From assembly GCF_001194135.2 (NCBI RefSeq), contig NC_068989.1, positions 34,245,903 to 34,309,902 on the forward strand: DNA of 64,000 nt, written 5' to 3'. The position numbers were made by a program, and so were the translations under genes. The notes below the pieces were generated by a model. The model had not been told where the DNA came from, ran no database searches, and saw nothing but the letters and a program-made list of their open reading frames with translations. Position 1 is the stretch's first letter. Every line of letters starts with the position of its first letter. The stretch is from Octopus bimaculoides (taxonomy: Eukaryota). This document shows positions 26,610 to 38,871 of the stretch, one piece after another.

Positions 26610-27286
26610 AGGTTTCAAATTTTGGTACAGAAGTGATTAAGTCGATTACATTGACCTCAGTGTTCAACTGGTACTTATTCTATCAACCCCAAAAGGATGT
26701 AAGGCAAAGTTGATATTGGTAAAATTTGAACTCAGAACATAAAAATGGACTAAATGCCACTAAGTATTTTGCCCAACGTGCTAACAATTCTGCCATCTCA
26801 CTGCCTTACAGATGTAAAATATTTATTTCTTTATTGCCCACAAGGGGCTAAACATAGAAGGGACAAACAAGGACAGACAAAGGGATTAAGTCGATTACAT
26901 TGATCCCAGTGCGTAACTGGTACTTATTTAATCGACCCCGAAAGGATGAAAGGCAAAGTCAACCTCAGGGGAATTTTGAACTCAGAATGTAGTGGCAGAC
27001 AAAATACTGCTAAGCATTTCGCCTGGTGTGCTAACAATTCTGCCAGCTCGCTGCCTTACAGATGTAATTCTTTTCTACTCTAGACACAAAGCCCAAAATT
27101 TTGGAGGAGGGGGCTAGTTGATTAGATTGACCCCAGAATGCATCTGGTACTTAATTTATCAACCCCAAAAGGATGAAAGACAAAGTCGACCTCGGCAGAA
27201 TTTTGAACTCAGAACATAGTGGCAAACGAAATACTGCTAAGTATTTCGCCTGGCGTGCTAACAATTCTGCCAGCTCACCACCTTAA
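26610..27286 (-). mobile_element. Three tandem tRNA-derived SINEs of different subfamilies
   Basis: A shared body (ggatgaaaggcaaagt..ttgaactcagaa..ctaacaattctgcca..cctta) occurs three times with different tails, separated by cagatgtaa. Confidence 0.8.
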
Positions 27287-27737
27287 AGATGTAAACTATT
27301 AACAGAAAAATGATTGAGTATCACAGTTGTATGCATCTGAAGTGACAGCCAGTCAAATACACAGGATACCTGGATACTGGTCAAAGGATTGCCATTTTAT
27401 TTCATGTCACCCACTAGCACAGAATATTGCCTATAAACAAAATAGTTAAGGCTTAACAATCCAGTCCACCCACCTGTAAATAGGAACCATTGCCCAAAGC
27501 CAAAAACAACAGGTGACATTGTAAGATCAGTGGGTGATTCATGATCTTGTGGAACAGTCACATGTAGATAACTTTTTCAATGATCATGGAACTCACCCAC
27601 CACTTTAACAAAATATTAACCTGTTACTATTGTTACAAACCTATGATCAAAGATAATCTGGCTGTGACCATCCTATCTTTTTGCCTTTTTAGGACTACAT
27701 TATCCAATGTGTCCTTCTGTTTATTAAGGCTGTAGAG

Positions 27738-28001
27738 CATGCATGGGCAACCTGAAGCCCTCGACATGCTGTGTGGCCCTCAACGAGTTTCTAGGTTACT
27801 AATTTCATACTAAGACAAATAAAATTTCATACTAAGACAAATAAAATTTCATACTAAGACAAATAAAATTAAGAACTGCAAAAAAATTCATTGTAAAGTG
27901 GGCAAGTAATATTTCATGTATATGTGTTTTATCGAGTGGCCCTCTCCCACTTGGAAATGGTATGATGCGGCCCCCAGTTGACGAAAGGTTGTCAATCTCT
28001 G
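27738..28001. mobile_element. hAT-type MITE with an internal 22-bp x3 tandem repeat
   Basis: 8-bp TSD CTGTAGAG at 27730-27737 and 28002-28009. Ends are CATGCATGGGCAACCT and AGGTTGTCAATCTCTG. Unit aatttcatactaagacaaataa occurs at 27801-27866. Confidence 0.8.
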
Positions 28002-28201
28002 CTGTAGAGTAGGATTTAAATGAAATGTAGCTGCTATTTCTAGCAACTCAAATGACTATGTAGGGGCTCCCACATTGGCTCACAGTATGTACTGTTAACA
28101 TATTTCAGATGTTTGGAATAACAGTAAATTTTCTCCATCATAAGTCAATTGAGTAACGAAAAAAGCAAAATAAATAAATCTTTTAAAAAATGTAATCTTA
28201 C

Positions 28202-28383
28202 AAAGCACTTTCAAAACTGCTAAATTCTTTCACTTGAGTTCCAAAGATGAGATAACCAAGTTGCGTGAAAGCCAGGAAAATAATGAAGAACATGACAGCA
28301 AATCCAGCCAAATCTTTGGCACATTTACCAAGAGTTGATGACAGTTGTGTCATGGTTTTGTTGAAGCTAATGTATTTGAAGAT
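28202..28383 (-). CDS. PKD2: Polycystin-2 exon (S4-S5 linker, S5)
   Basis: 182 nt, tttcag/gtaaga, phase 0/2. [60 protein letters not shown]. Not in the ORF track. Confidence 0.96.
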
Positions 28384-29106
28384 CTGAAATATGGGAAAGA
28401 GAGGATTTGTTAATTAAAAATAATTAGAAAGGAAATAAATAACGAATAATTAACTTGAGAAACATTTCTATTTCTTTTTAAGTTGAATGAGGAGATGAAG
28501 TACCTATGATGTTTTCAGAGACCTTCTAGGGAAATTAATTCAGTTGATGTTCTTGGATTTCTTGTTCAAAGAGTCATGATAATCCTGCAGTTGTAATTAG
28601 CTTCTAATTCATGAAACTAGTATTCAAATACCTTATTCAATTGGCCAATTTGGATTTATGTTTAGACATGGGTATGTGGTTAAGAAGTTTGCTTCCCGAC
28701 AACATAGCTTCAGGTTTGGCCCTACTGGACAAGTGACACTTTGGACAAGTGTCTTCTCAATAGCCCATAGCCCAGAGACAATCAAACCTTTTTGAGTGAA
28801 TTTGGTAGATTAGACTTGAAAGATGGTCATTGTGTGTATGTGTGCGTGCATGTGTGTGTATGTGTGTGCGTTTTTCCACATGTCCATACAGCGTCACGAC
28901 AATCGGGATTACCTCTCGGAGCTGGGACGCCACCTCCAGGCCAATTCAGTAGTCTCCACAGGTCTTCGCAAACAAAGTTTAGTGTCCAATGAAAGAAAGG
29001 TACGTATAAGTGGGCTGGTTAGTTAAAAATATATATATATTGTGAGTGTGTGTATGCGTTGTGTATGTAATGCATATATGTAATAACTTATATATTGTCT
29101 TCTTAC

Positions 29107-29343
29107 CTTGATCCATGCCATAAAAACTGTAACAGCAATTGCATTATTGAAATGTGTTTGGCAGAATGCAAGGAACTGAAAATCTGAATATTTATTACTG
29201 GATGAAAGTAACTGGTTAAGTTTATCGCCGACAGCACTGGTTCTGTAGACATTGAATGCGATACATAAAACAGATATAAAAATCACCAGCATATCCAGAA
29301 TGTTCCAGAAGCATTTGAAATAAGATAACTTGTGTTTCTTGAT
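29107..29343 (-). CDS. PKD2: Polycystin-2 exon (S3-S4)
   Basis: 237 nt, ttgcag/gtaaga, phase 0/0. IKKHKLSYFKCFWNILDMLVIF...FNNAIAVTVFMAWIK. Confidence 0.96.
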
Positions 29344-29995
29344 CTGCAAAATCAAAGACAAAAAAACAGCACAATGAAAAAGTTATAATTAGTTATTTAT
29401 TTTTGGAGAAATCATTAATTTATTCCAAGTATTATTATACATTTACAGTTACAGAATCTACATTATAACAGAATTGAAGTTATTGCTGTTGTTTAGTCCA
29501 AGGTCAGGTCTGATCCTGTAGCCCTCTGATCAAAATGACCGAAAACCTGACAAAAATACATACATGGTTGAACAATATTTAAGAAGAGTATTACTGCATC
29601 ATTAATATCATTTATTGATTGGAGTTTATGAGTTTTCTTGTTTTCTGTAGGTGTGGCTGTGTGTTTAAGAAGTTTACTTCTCAACCACATAGTTTTGGGT
29701 TCAATCCCACAGCTTGGCACCATGGGTAAGAGTCTCTTACTCAAGCCCAGGGCTGACCAAAACCTTGGGAGTGGATTTGCTAGACAAAAACCAAAAGAAA
29801 CCTATCATAAATCTATGTGTGCATGTGTGTGTCTGTGCCTCCTTGTCTTGACATTGAAGGATAACTGTAAATGAGTGTCACTGTTATTCAAGTAGTGTCA
29901 TTCATTTCCAATATTCAATGTAAACATATCTAGCCATGGGAAAATATTACTATGATTGAAAAGTGTATAATAAAAACTGTGCAGAAAGAAGTAAA

Positions 29996-30028
<33 letters not shown>

Positions 30029-30030
<2 letters not shown>

Positions 30031-30191
30031 CAATAGTTTCTTCAATGATGTAATACAATATGAAGAGAACAAAAATTGCTTCACAGGCCATGACAAAATA
30101 ATCCAGACTATTCACATATCGGATAAGTTTGACACTTGCAATTCTCCATGATGAAAGTGCACCACCAGTTGCAGGGAACTCAACGACCAGT
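30029..30191 (-). CDS. PKD2: Polycystin-2 exon (end of TOP, S2)
   Basis: 163 nt, ttccag/gtatat, phase 2/0. [54 protein letters not shown]. Not in the ORF track. Confidence 0.95.
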
Positions 30192-31826
30192 CTGGAAATA
30201 ACAAAACATTTCCATTAACTATACAAAATATTGTTCATTAATTTGAAAATAACAGCAACAAGTAACACAAATTTGACTTCACAGGGAATAGAGAAATCAT
30301 TACATAAACAGTTTCTTTAATTCTGAATGTTCAACTAGTCAGCAATGAAAAACATACACAGATGAGTATATGTTTTTAATTGCTATTTAGTATGTGGCTG
30401 GAAATTATAACTAACCTTTAGCAATTCTCAAATGGAAAAATAGCTTTTTATATCTTTAAACCTTTTAATACTGGTCCATCTGAGATTGCCTCTAATTCTA
30501 TGAACAAAACTAACTATTTTAAGTACACAAATATAAATTGAAGCCTTCTTTTATAATTTAATTCTAAAACCTTTTGTTAGGCCATGTTCCAAATATAAGC
30601 TTAATAGTGATAAAGTCAGGTAATTTAATAAAATTCCTTAAAATTTTTTATTAATTTTTAAAAGATTTAAATCATTCAACCAAAGCATCCTATTCAAAAT
30701 GTGATCATGAAAGGGTCAAATGATGATATAATGTATCTGATAAAGTAGAAAATGTAAAATGGACAGAAATGGTGCCAAAGAATATGCCCAAACAATAGCA
30801 CAGTGACACAAATTTTGAGGAAAGCATATAGATTAATTAGATTAACCCTAGTTCTAAATTGGTACCTAATTTATCCGTCTTGGAAAAATGAAAAGCAAAG
30901 CTGATCCAGACAAATTCTGAACTAAGGTTTAGAGAGGCATAACTAAAACTACCAAAAAGCAATTATGCCAATCCAAATACCAAACCAGAAATTTTACAGC
31001 ACTGAATATATTTATCTTTCTTTATAAGTCTAAATTGCTTGCTCTGGAGACGTGTCATCTGGAATTTATGCCTCTCCTAAGGACAATGTTGTTTGGAAAA
31101 ACAGCCAGACAAGATAAAGTTTTGGTTAAGTTAGTATTGACATATTTAATATCTGAAGCATTAAAATGTTAAACTAGAAATATTTTTAGAAATCAGTTTG
31201 GTTATTTTTAATGTTTTCAACATGAGAAATAACAACAGGGTTAAATGCAGTAATTAAGGAAAATATTAGAGGTTAGTTAACATTATTCTCTAGCTGAGCA
31301 AGTAATATAAGTAACTCAAAACATTTCCTTCAATGGTGGAAGTATAGCTTTTACAATTGCTTGCTGAAGGAGATATTATTTTATAATTTTCTGATTTTTA
31401 ATTTAATTTCTGCCATAGTACACAGTTTTTCATTCCTTTAGTATAATAACAGAAGATAAATGATAAAACATAGACTGTATGTGTTATCTTTAACTTGTCA
31501 GTCATTTACAAATGCTCTGTTACCACCTTATGTCATTGAATCTACTCAATCTGTTCAACAGTATAAACCATGAAAGGACTTGCATCAGAGACCTTATGGT
31601 TACACAAAAGTAAAAATTATACTGTGACTACTGTTATTGGTCTTACTAAAAGCCATTGATTAATGGTAATCAATGAAATCTGTGATGACTAGTTAAACTA
31701 GATCTGTTTTCTCATAAAATGTTCCATAATATTAGTTTAGTCTATCAGATCCATAATCTTCAGATGAAAAAGAAAAACATTAGAAATAAAAAATAAACAT
31801 CATGAAAATTTAAGGTTGAAACTTAC

Positions 31827-32051
31827 CTCATAACACAAAAGAGATTTATGTTGGCATTATAGACCGTGAAGTCAATAAAGAGGACTCTCGTTCCACGATC
31901 AATCCACAAATTATCAAAAAGAGCATTTACTAATTTCATTGAAACGTTCTTAGTTTTGTCTAAATCTTGTACAAAACCGCCGGTACCATATGTTTCTAGC
32001 TGGCCCCAGTGTGAAGTCCCATCTAGATCATCTTTGGAACGATAGTTGAAC
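31827..32051 (-). CDS. PKD2: Polycystin-2 exon (TOP domain)
   Basis: 225 nt, gatag/gtaagt, phase 2/2. FNYRSKDDLDGTSHWGQLETYGTGGFVQDL...NLWIDRGTRVLFIDFTVYNANINLFCVMR. Confidence 0.96.
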
Positions 32052-32249
32052 CTATCAAAAGACAAGATTAAGAGTCAATAGTGTATGCCAAAGGGGTTTC
32101 CATGATACATAAGATAACAATATTAAATAAAAAACCATTATCTATAGAAAGTGCTTAAATAGTATAGTAAAAATACCTCCTAATATATTATATACATATA
32201 TATATACACACACACACATATAATGTATATATTAATATATATATATATA

Positions 32250-32720
32250 ATTAAAATAGTAGGGTAAAAAATTGATATTAATTAATATCAATTTAATACC
32301 AGGAAACTAGCACATTAAAAGAATCAGGAGATCCAGAAAGATTATCTGAGATCTCAAAAGGATTATTGTATATGTAAATATAAAAGGGACCACTAAGTGG
32401 ACTGCTAATGTGCTAGAAGAAGATCACATGTAATGTGTCTTTTAAGACCGAATAGTTCTCAAAGAAAAAATCTAGCGAAGCAAACCATACAGGCGAGACT
32501 AGTGAAAATTACAGAAATAAATACAAAGATTATCCGTAGACCGGTTTCGAAATTAATAATTCCTTACCGAAAATATCTGTTTCTTCTCTTCAGTACAGAC
32601 TGCCAAAGAAATATAATTCCCAGAATCATGTACTAATTGTTCCCAACGAGTGAAGAACATGCACATGGTTCTATTAATTATATAGGGTAAGATTCAAAAG
32701 TTTTTGTTTTGGCACGCTAA
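32250..32720 (-). mobile_element. Penelope-type pLTR-like repeat carrying the intact hammerhead; runs into a gap
   Basis: Contains the CUGAAGA...CGAAACCGGUC hammerhead and a 26-bp perfect palindrome at 32269-32294. The boundaries are approximate. Confidence 0.55.
32533..32599 (-). ncRNA. Penelope-type minimal (dimer-dependent) hammerhead ribozyme, intact core
   Basis: UCUGUA / CUGAAGA / GAAG...UUUC / GAA / ACCGGU / C / UACGGA. Stem I is 6 bp, stem III is palindromic, and the predicted GUC cleavage is between 32539 and 32538. Confidence 0.8.
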
Positions 32721-34190
32721 NNNNNNNNNNNNNNNNNNNNNNNNNNNNNNNNNNNNNNNNNNNNNNNNNNNNNNNNNNNNNNNNNNNNNNNNNNNNNNNN
32801 NNNNNNNNNNNNNNNNNNNNNNNNNNNNNNNNNNNNNNNNNNNNNNNNNNNNNNNNNNNNNNNNNNNNNNNNNNNNNNNNNNNNNNNNNNNNNNNNNNNN
32901 NNNNNNNNNNNNNNNNNNNNNNNNNNNNNNNNNNNNNNNNNNNNNNNNNNNNNNNNNNNNNNNNNNNNNNNNNNNNNNNNNNNNNNNNNNNNNNNNNNNN
33001 NNNNNNNNNNNNNNNNNNNNNNNNNNNNNNNNNNNNNNNNNNNNNNNNNNNNNNNNNNNNNNNNNNNNNNNNNNNNNNNNNNNNNNNNNNNNNNNNNNNN
33101 NNNNNNNNNNNNNNNNNNNNNNNNNNNNNNNNNNNNNNNNNNNNNNNNNNNNNNNNNNNNNNNNNNNNNNNNNNNNNNNNNNNNNNNNNNNNNNNNNNNN
33201 NNNNNNNNNNNNNNNNNNNNNNNNNNNNNNNNNNNNNNNNNNNNNNNNNNNNNNNNNNNNNNNNNNNNNNNNNNNNNNNNNNNNNNNNNNNNNNNNNNNN
33301 NNNATATATATGTGTGTATATATATCATCATCATCATCGTTTAATGTCCGCCTGCCATGTTAGCATGGGTTGGACGATTTCACTGAGGACTGGCAAACCA
33401 GATGGCTGCACCAGGCTCCAATCTGATCTGGCAGAGTTTCTACAGCTGGATGCCCTTCCTAACGCCAACCACTCCGAGATTGTAGTGGGTGTTTTTACGT
33501 GCCACCGGCACGAGGGCCAGTCAGGCGGTACTGGCAACGACCACGCTCAAAATGGTGTTTTTTACGTACCACCTGCACAGGAGCCAGTCCAGTGGCACTG
33601 ACAATGAGCTCGCTCGAACGTTTTTTCACGTGCCACCAGCACAAGTGCCAGTAAGGTGAGGCTGGTAATGCTCATGCTCAAATGATACTATTTACATGCC
33701 ACTGGCACGGAAGCCAGACAGCTTTTCTGGCAATGATCACGCTTGGACGGTGCTCTTAGCACTCCTATGGCACAGGTGCCAGTCATCGAATTTGGTTCAA
33801 TCACGATTTCGATTTCACTTGCTCCAACAGGTCTTTGCAAACAGAGTTTAGTGTCCAATGAAGGAAAGGTACGCATAAGTGGGTTGGCTACACCCCTAGC
33901 ACAGGCCTTGGATTATGGTCTCACTTGGCTTGCCGAACACATATATATGCATGCATAAATACATATATGGATATATATGTGGATATACATACATACATAT
34001 ATATATTGTTGTGTCGACGCCCCCAGGCGAAGAAGTATGATCTACCAAGACATACAAATAGAGGTAGTCTGGCCGTGGTAGGGTGTTGAGTAGCAGTCGA
34101 GTAGCAGTTGTGTAGTGGTTGAGTAGAGATCATCCGAAGGTGCTAGATAGCAGTAGCTTGAGACATAACATATACATGGATATATATATG

Positions 34191-34250
<60 letters not shown>

Positions 34251-34420
34251 TTTATAAGGATATATATATATATATGTGTGCGTGTGTGTGTGGATATGTA
34301 TATATATGGATATAGGCGAGAAGAAAATGGATGTAAATAACAAGGGGAAACTTGTCGTTTCCACTGGTATGCCTTTAATTCAATTAGATAACAAAGAAGA
34401 AGGAAGCAAAGAAGAAAGTA

Positions 34421-34470
34421 GCATTTACGTTCGTTTTAATTTATTAGTTTTAGTAAATCTCTTCAGAATG
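34421..34470 (-). ncRNA. Mutated hammerhead motif in the inverted pLTR copy (G12>A)
   Basis: UCAUU CUGAAGA GAUUUACUA..UAAUAAAUU AAA ACGAACGU A AAUGC. Confidence 0.55.
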
Positions 34471-35645
34471 AGTAAAATAGATTGATACATCAGTCAGAAT
34501 GCGAAAATAATTGATACATATGTGATGGTAATAGAGGCTAAGGTAGTAAGTCTTACATTAAATTTAGAGTAACTCTAACTTAGGGTAAGAAGGGAGTTAA
34601 CTCATACCAGTGATTAGACTAGGTAGGATGGTTTAAAATTTTATTATGGTTATAGTTTAGGAAGTTCTTAGTGTTAGAAGGGGCCCTATGTAGGTGCAAA
34701 GTAAACTATTATGGAATGTGGAGGGCTAGAGGGTTTCAGAAATAGGAATAAGGCCAACTCAACAGGACTCAGCACATATATTTGGGAATATAAGGATAAA
34801 AAAAAGTTATAGATTGAACTGGCATATACTCGCATAAATAACCTCATACAACACCACCAATAGACGCTGTGATCTTTGTTTATCAGAAGGCCTAGCTATA
34901 CTTACGGCTAAACAACCCCTCTTAAATAGGAAATTTGAGAACGACATATTTTGTCTTGATGTGGGCCTTTATGTCTTTTCAAAATAATGGTAGAATAACA
35001 TTTTTTGTCTTCAAGTAGGCCTTTGTCTTTTCAAAATACCGGTAAATTAATAGGACCCTTTATAAATCCCAAACTAGCATAGTCATCTCTCTATATAAGT
35101 CTAATTAGCTGGGAACCACCTTAAGCATTTACACATAAACAGTCACCCCGCAAACCCACTCGCCCTCTACATTCCATAATAATTTACTTTGCACCTACAT
35201 AGGGCCCCTTCTAACACTATGAACTTCCTAAACTCTAGCCATAATACAATTTTAAACCACCCTACTTAGTCTAATAACTGGTATGAGTTAGTTCCCTTTT
35301 CACCCTAAGTTAGAGTAGTTCCCTTTTCACCCTAAGTTAGAGTTACCCCACTTCACTTACACCGCCGGTGACTAAAATTCACTGCAGATCTAAACTAATT
35401 TAATACACAAGTGTGAAAAAATGTGCTCAGTGAAACTCGGAATCCCATACCAAAATAATATACACCCTACTCTAATTGCCCAACGGAACAATAAACAAAC
35501 CAATCTAGTACAATGAAACCTCTCTCCAACGAAATAACCAGCTCAAGAACAAAATTTAATGTAAGACTTACTAACTCTGCCTCTATTACCATCACATATG
35601 TATCAATTATTTTCGCATTCTGACCAATGTATCAATCTATTTTTC

Positions 35646-35696
35646 GCATTCTGAAAAGATTTACTAATACTAGTAAATTGAAACGATCGTAAATTC
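35646..35696 (+). ncRNA. Mutated hammerhead motif in Penelope-like pLTR (G8>A)
   Basis: GCAUU CUGAAAA GAUUUACUA..UAGUAAAUU GAA ACGAUCGU A AAUUC. Confidence 0.6.
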
Positions 35697-37251
35697 TTCT
35701 TTTCTTCCTTCTTCTTTGTTATCTAATCAAATTAAAGGCATAAAAGCGAAAACGACGAGTTTCCTCTTGTTATTTACATTCATTTTCTTATCGTATATAA
35801 CCTAAACTACGGTCTACCAACTGAACTACTTGCTACCGTACAACTTTACAAAAGACTGTACCTACCCAGGTAATAACCAGAAGCGACTTTGGATTTAATT
35901 ATCCCTTAGAGGTATTAAACTCCTCTAACTGGTACTTACACAACATATATGGATATATCATTATCATCGTTTAACGTCCGCTTTCCATGCTATCATGGGT
36001 TGGCCGATTCAACTGAGGACTGGTGGAACCGGATGGCAACACCAGGTTCCAATCTAATTTGGCAGAGTTTCTACAGCTGGATGCCCTTCCTAACGCCAAC
36101 CACTCAGAGAGTGTAGTGGGTGCTTTTACGTGTCACTCGCACGAAGGCCAGTCAGGCGGTACTGGCAACGGCCACGCTCAAAATGGTGTATTTTATGTGC
36201 CACCCGCACAAGAGCCACTCCAGGGTCACTGGCAACGATCTCGCCCGAAAATCCTACNNNNNNNNNNNNNNNNNNNNNNNNNNNNNNNNNNNNNNNNNNN
36301 NGAACCGGATGGCAACACCAGGTTCCAATCTAATTTGGCAGAGTTTCTACAGCTGGATGCCCTTCCTAACGCCAACCACTCAGAGAGTGTAGTGGGTGCT
36401 TTTACGTGTCACTCGCACGAAGGCCAGTCAGGCGGTACTGGCAACGGCCACGCTCAAAATGGTGTATTTTATGTGCCACCCGCACAAGAGCCAGTCCAGG
36501 GGCACTGACAACAATCTTGCTCGAAAATCCTACGAAGGCCAGTCAGGCGGTACTGGCAACGGCCACGCTCAAAATAGTGTATTTTATGTGCCACCCGCAC
36601 AAGAGCCACTCCAGGGTCACTGGCAACGATCTCGCCCGAAAATCCTACGAAGGCCAACTGGTTTTCGCTATTTAAATTAACTTTTCAAGGGACATTGTGA
36701 AGTAATCAATTCCTGTGACAAAGGGGTCTCACCATTTCGGATGCTTGAAAAATAAGAATGAGTCTAGAGAGTGGACCAAGGGAGGTGACAGGTGGCAAGA
36801 GGGACAATATATACAGTGCATGTAGAAAGTATTGTAATAGTATCATAATAGATCATAATAGACGAGCTTTTTGATATCATTTAGCCCCAAATCAGCCTTA
36901 ATCAAGCTGATGTATAAGCGAAAGTGTTCCAGATGTCACCAATCCATTCTCAATTTAGACATAATGCATGCAAGATTGCATTATAGTTGTTTTACAGTTT
37001 TTTTTTCTATCTCACAATGATAGAGTATGATTTTGGAGAGATTTGGCTTTTACTTCAACCTGGTTGAATGACTATGAGAAACATTGACTGAATCTTTAAA
37101 TATAAGGGTCTATGAAAGTATACCTCAAAATGGCATTTGTACATAAATCTATTTGAAGACTTACTAAAAGTGAGAAACTATCTAGAAGTACAATTACATA
37201 TTAAAATCTTTTACAATAAATTTGAGTGTAAAACAGTAAGTCTGAACATAC

Positions 37252-37511
37252 GCATTAGCAATCTCTGTTGGGGGATTTGTACCAAATCCTTCGTGGTCTT
37301 CATTGTTCTCAGAATAAGCATCATAACAGGTTTTGATTGTGTTCTTGAAGTCTGAATGAACAATACAGGAATCATTCCGTACTCTTAACTGTCGCATTCG
37401 AGGTAAGCCAAGTAGTTTGTTTTCGTAATAAATGAATCTTTCACCAACAATTGGTTCTTCATTATACCATTTCTCCCAGTAAAGAGAATCCATCAATGGC
37501 CCTTTTGCAAA
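37252..37511 (-). CDS. PKD2: Polycystin-2 exon (TOP domain)
   Basis: 260 nt, ctag/gtatgt, phase 0/2. [19 protein letters not shown]...[21 protein letters not shown]...CYDAYS...EIANA. Confidence 0.96.
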
Positions 37512-37829
37512 CTAGCAAACAGAAAAAAGGGATATGTTCCCTTATTATATACACACACATATATAATACAATATAGCACAAGAGGACAACAAATGAACAC
37601 AGAAAACAGGAAAGAACACACAATGTATATCCCTCTTCAGTTATCAACCGAAATTCATCATAATTTTGATACTTTATCAATAATACTGCTCCATTTATAG
37701 CATCGGTATACATATATATGGAAGCAAAACCTGGAATCATGAAATTGAAGGGCCTTAAAATAAACTAAACCAGGACTAAAGTTATGACAAGTGGTAAAAA
37801 AAAGACAAAGTTTTGATACTGTCAGGGCA

Positions 37830-38230
37830 AAGGCCATGTTTGGTATGCAGGAGAGGAGGTACAAACTCTTTACAATGTGCCCAGTATAAACAATGAACAC
37901 ACAAGAGGTTTAGGGGGGATCATAGGTAGACTAACAACAAAAGCAGCTTTCATATGTACCAGGTGTACAGGGGTATCCAGCACAAAATGTACTCAGGATA
38001 TAGATTCTCTCAACTATTCAGAAGGTTCCCTAGTAGTAGTCAATAGTTTTGTTATTCAAGTGACCTAACTGGCAGCAGGGTTGGATGCTCTGAAAGCATA
38101 GCTGCCAGAGTAAGAATTCTTTTGCAAGCAACTAAGAAATTCTCCCTCAGAATGAAGGGCAGATTGTATGATATTTGTATGCAAATGTGTAAAAAGGCTG
38201 TGCTACATAGTAGTGATATGTGGACTCTGA
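37830..38230 (+). mobile_element. Old RTE 3' ORF fragment
   Basis: Diverged similarity to the Cys-rich C-terminal region of the 45.5 kb and 61.5 kb copies (FICTRCTG, agaatgaagggcagattgtatgat). Confidence 0.65.
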
Positions 38231-38412
38231 ATATAAATCTCCTGTTTTGATATTATTACACTGCAAATAATATTTTTCGGCATTTTAAACTTTTATGCAT
38301 ACTTCACACAAATATAATATCTACAAACAGATTTGGAATACTGAAATAAACATGTGCTTCAAGAGGACACACCTTGGATTTTAACCCCATCAACATAATT
38401 ATATGTGTGTGC

Positions 38413-38486
<74 letters not shown>

Positions 38487-38488
<2 letters not shown>

Positions 38489-38871
38489 CTCTTTTACTTG
38501 TTTCAGTCATTTGACTGCGGCCATGCTGGAGCACTGCCTTTAGTCGAGTAAATCGACCCCAGGACTTATTCTTTGGAAGCCTAGTACTTATTCTATCGGG
38601 CTCTTTTGCCGAACTGCTAAGTTACGGGGACGTAAACACACCACCTTCGGTTGTCAAGCGATGGTGGGGGGGACAAACACAGACACACAAACATATATAA
38701 ATATATACATATATACGACGGGCTTCTTTCAGTTTCCGTCTACCAAATCCACTCAAAAGGCTTTGGTCGGCCCAAGGCTATAGTATAAGACACTTGCCCA
38801 AAGTGCCACGCAGTGGGACTGAACCCGGACCATGTGGTTGGTAAGCATGCTACTTACCACACAGTCACTCC
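38487..38871 (-). mobile_element. Young tRNA-derived SINE
   Basis: tRNA-like head (gtggtaagtagcatgcttaccaaccacatggtccgggttcagtccc) followed by cttgggcaagtgtct. CpG is retained. Confidence 0.8.

Larger units (their letters stand above)
34309..35799 (+). mobile_element. Penelope-like retroelement remnant: GIY-YIG C-terminal fragment between inverted pLTR copies
   Basis: Arm A (34309-34726) is the reverse complement of arm B (35161-35352 plus 35545-35799). The spacer at 34735-34930 reads FRNRNKANSTGLSTYIWEYKDKK/SYRLNWHILA*ITSYNTTNRRCDLCLSEGLAILTAKQPLLNRKFE, with one frameshift and one stop. Both arms carry an HHR motif. Confidence 0.8.

Noticed and set aside
36021-36660. Near-identical tandem duplication on both sides of a short gap
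   Set aside because: Identical sequence flanking an N run is typical of an unresolved overlap in assembly.
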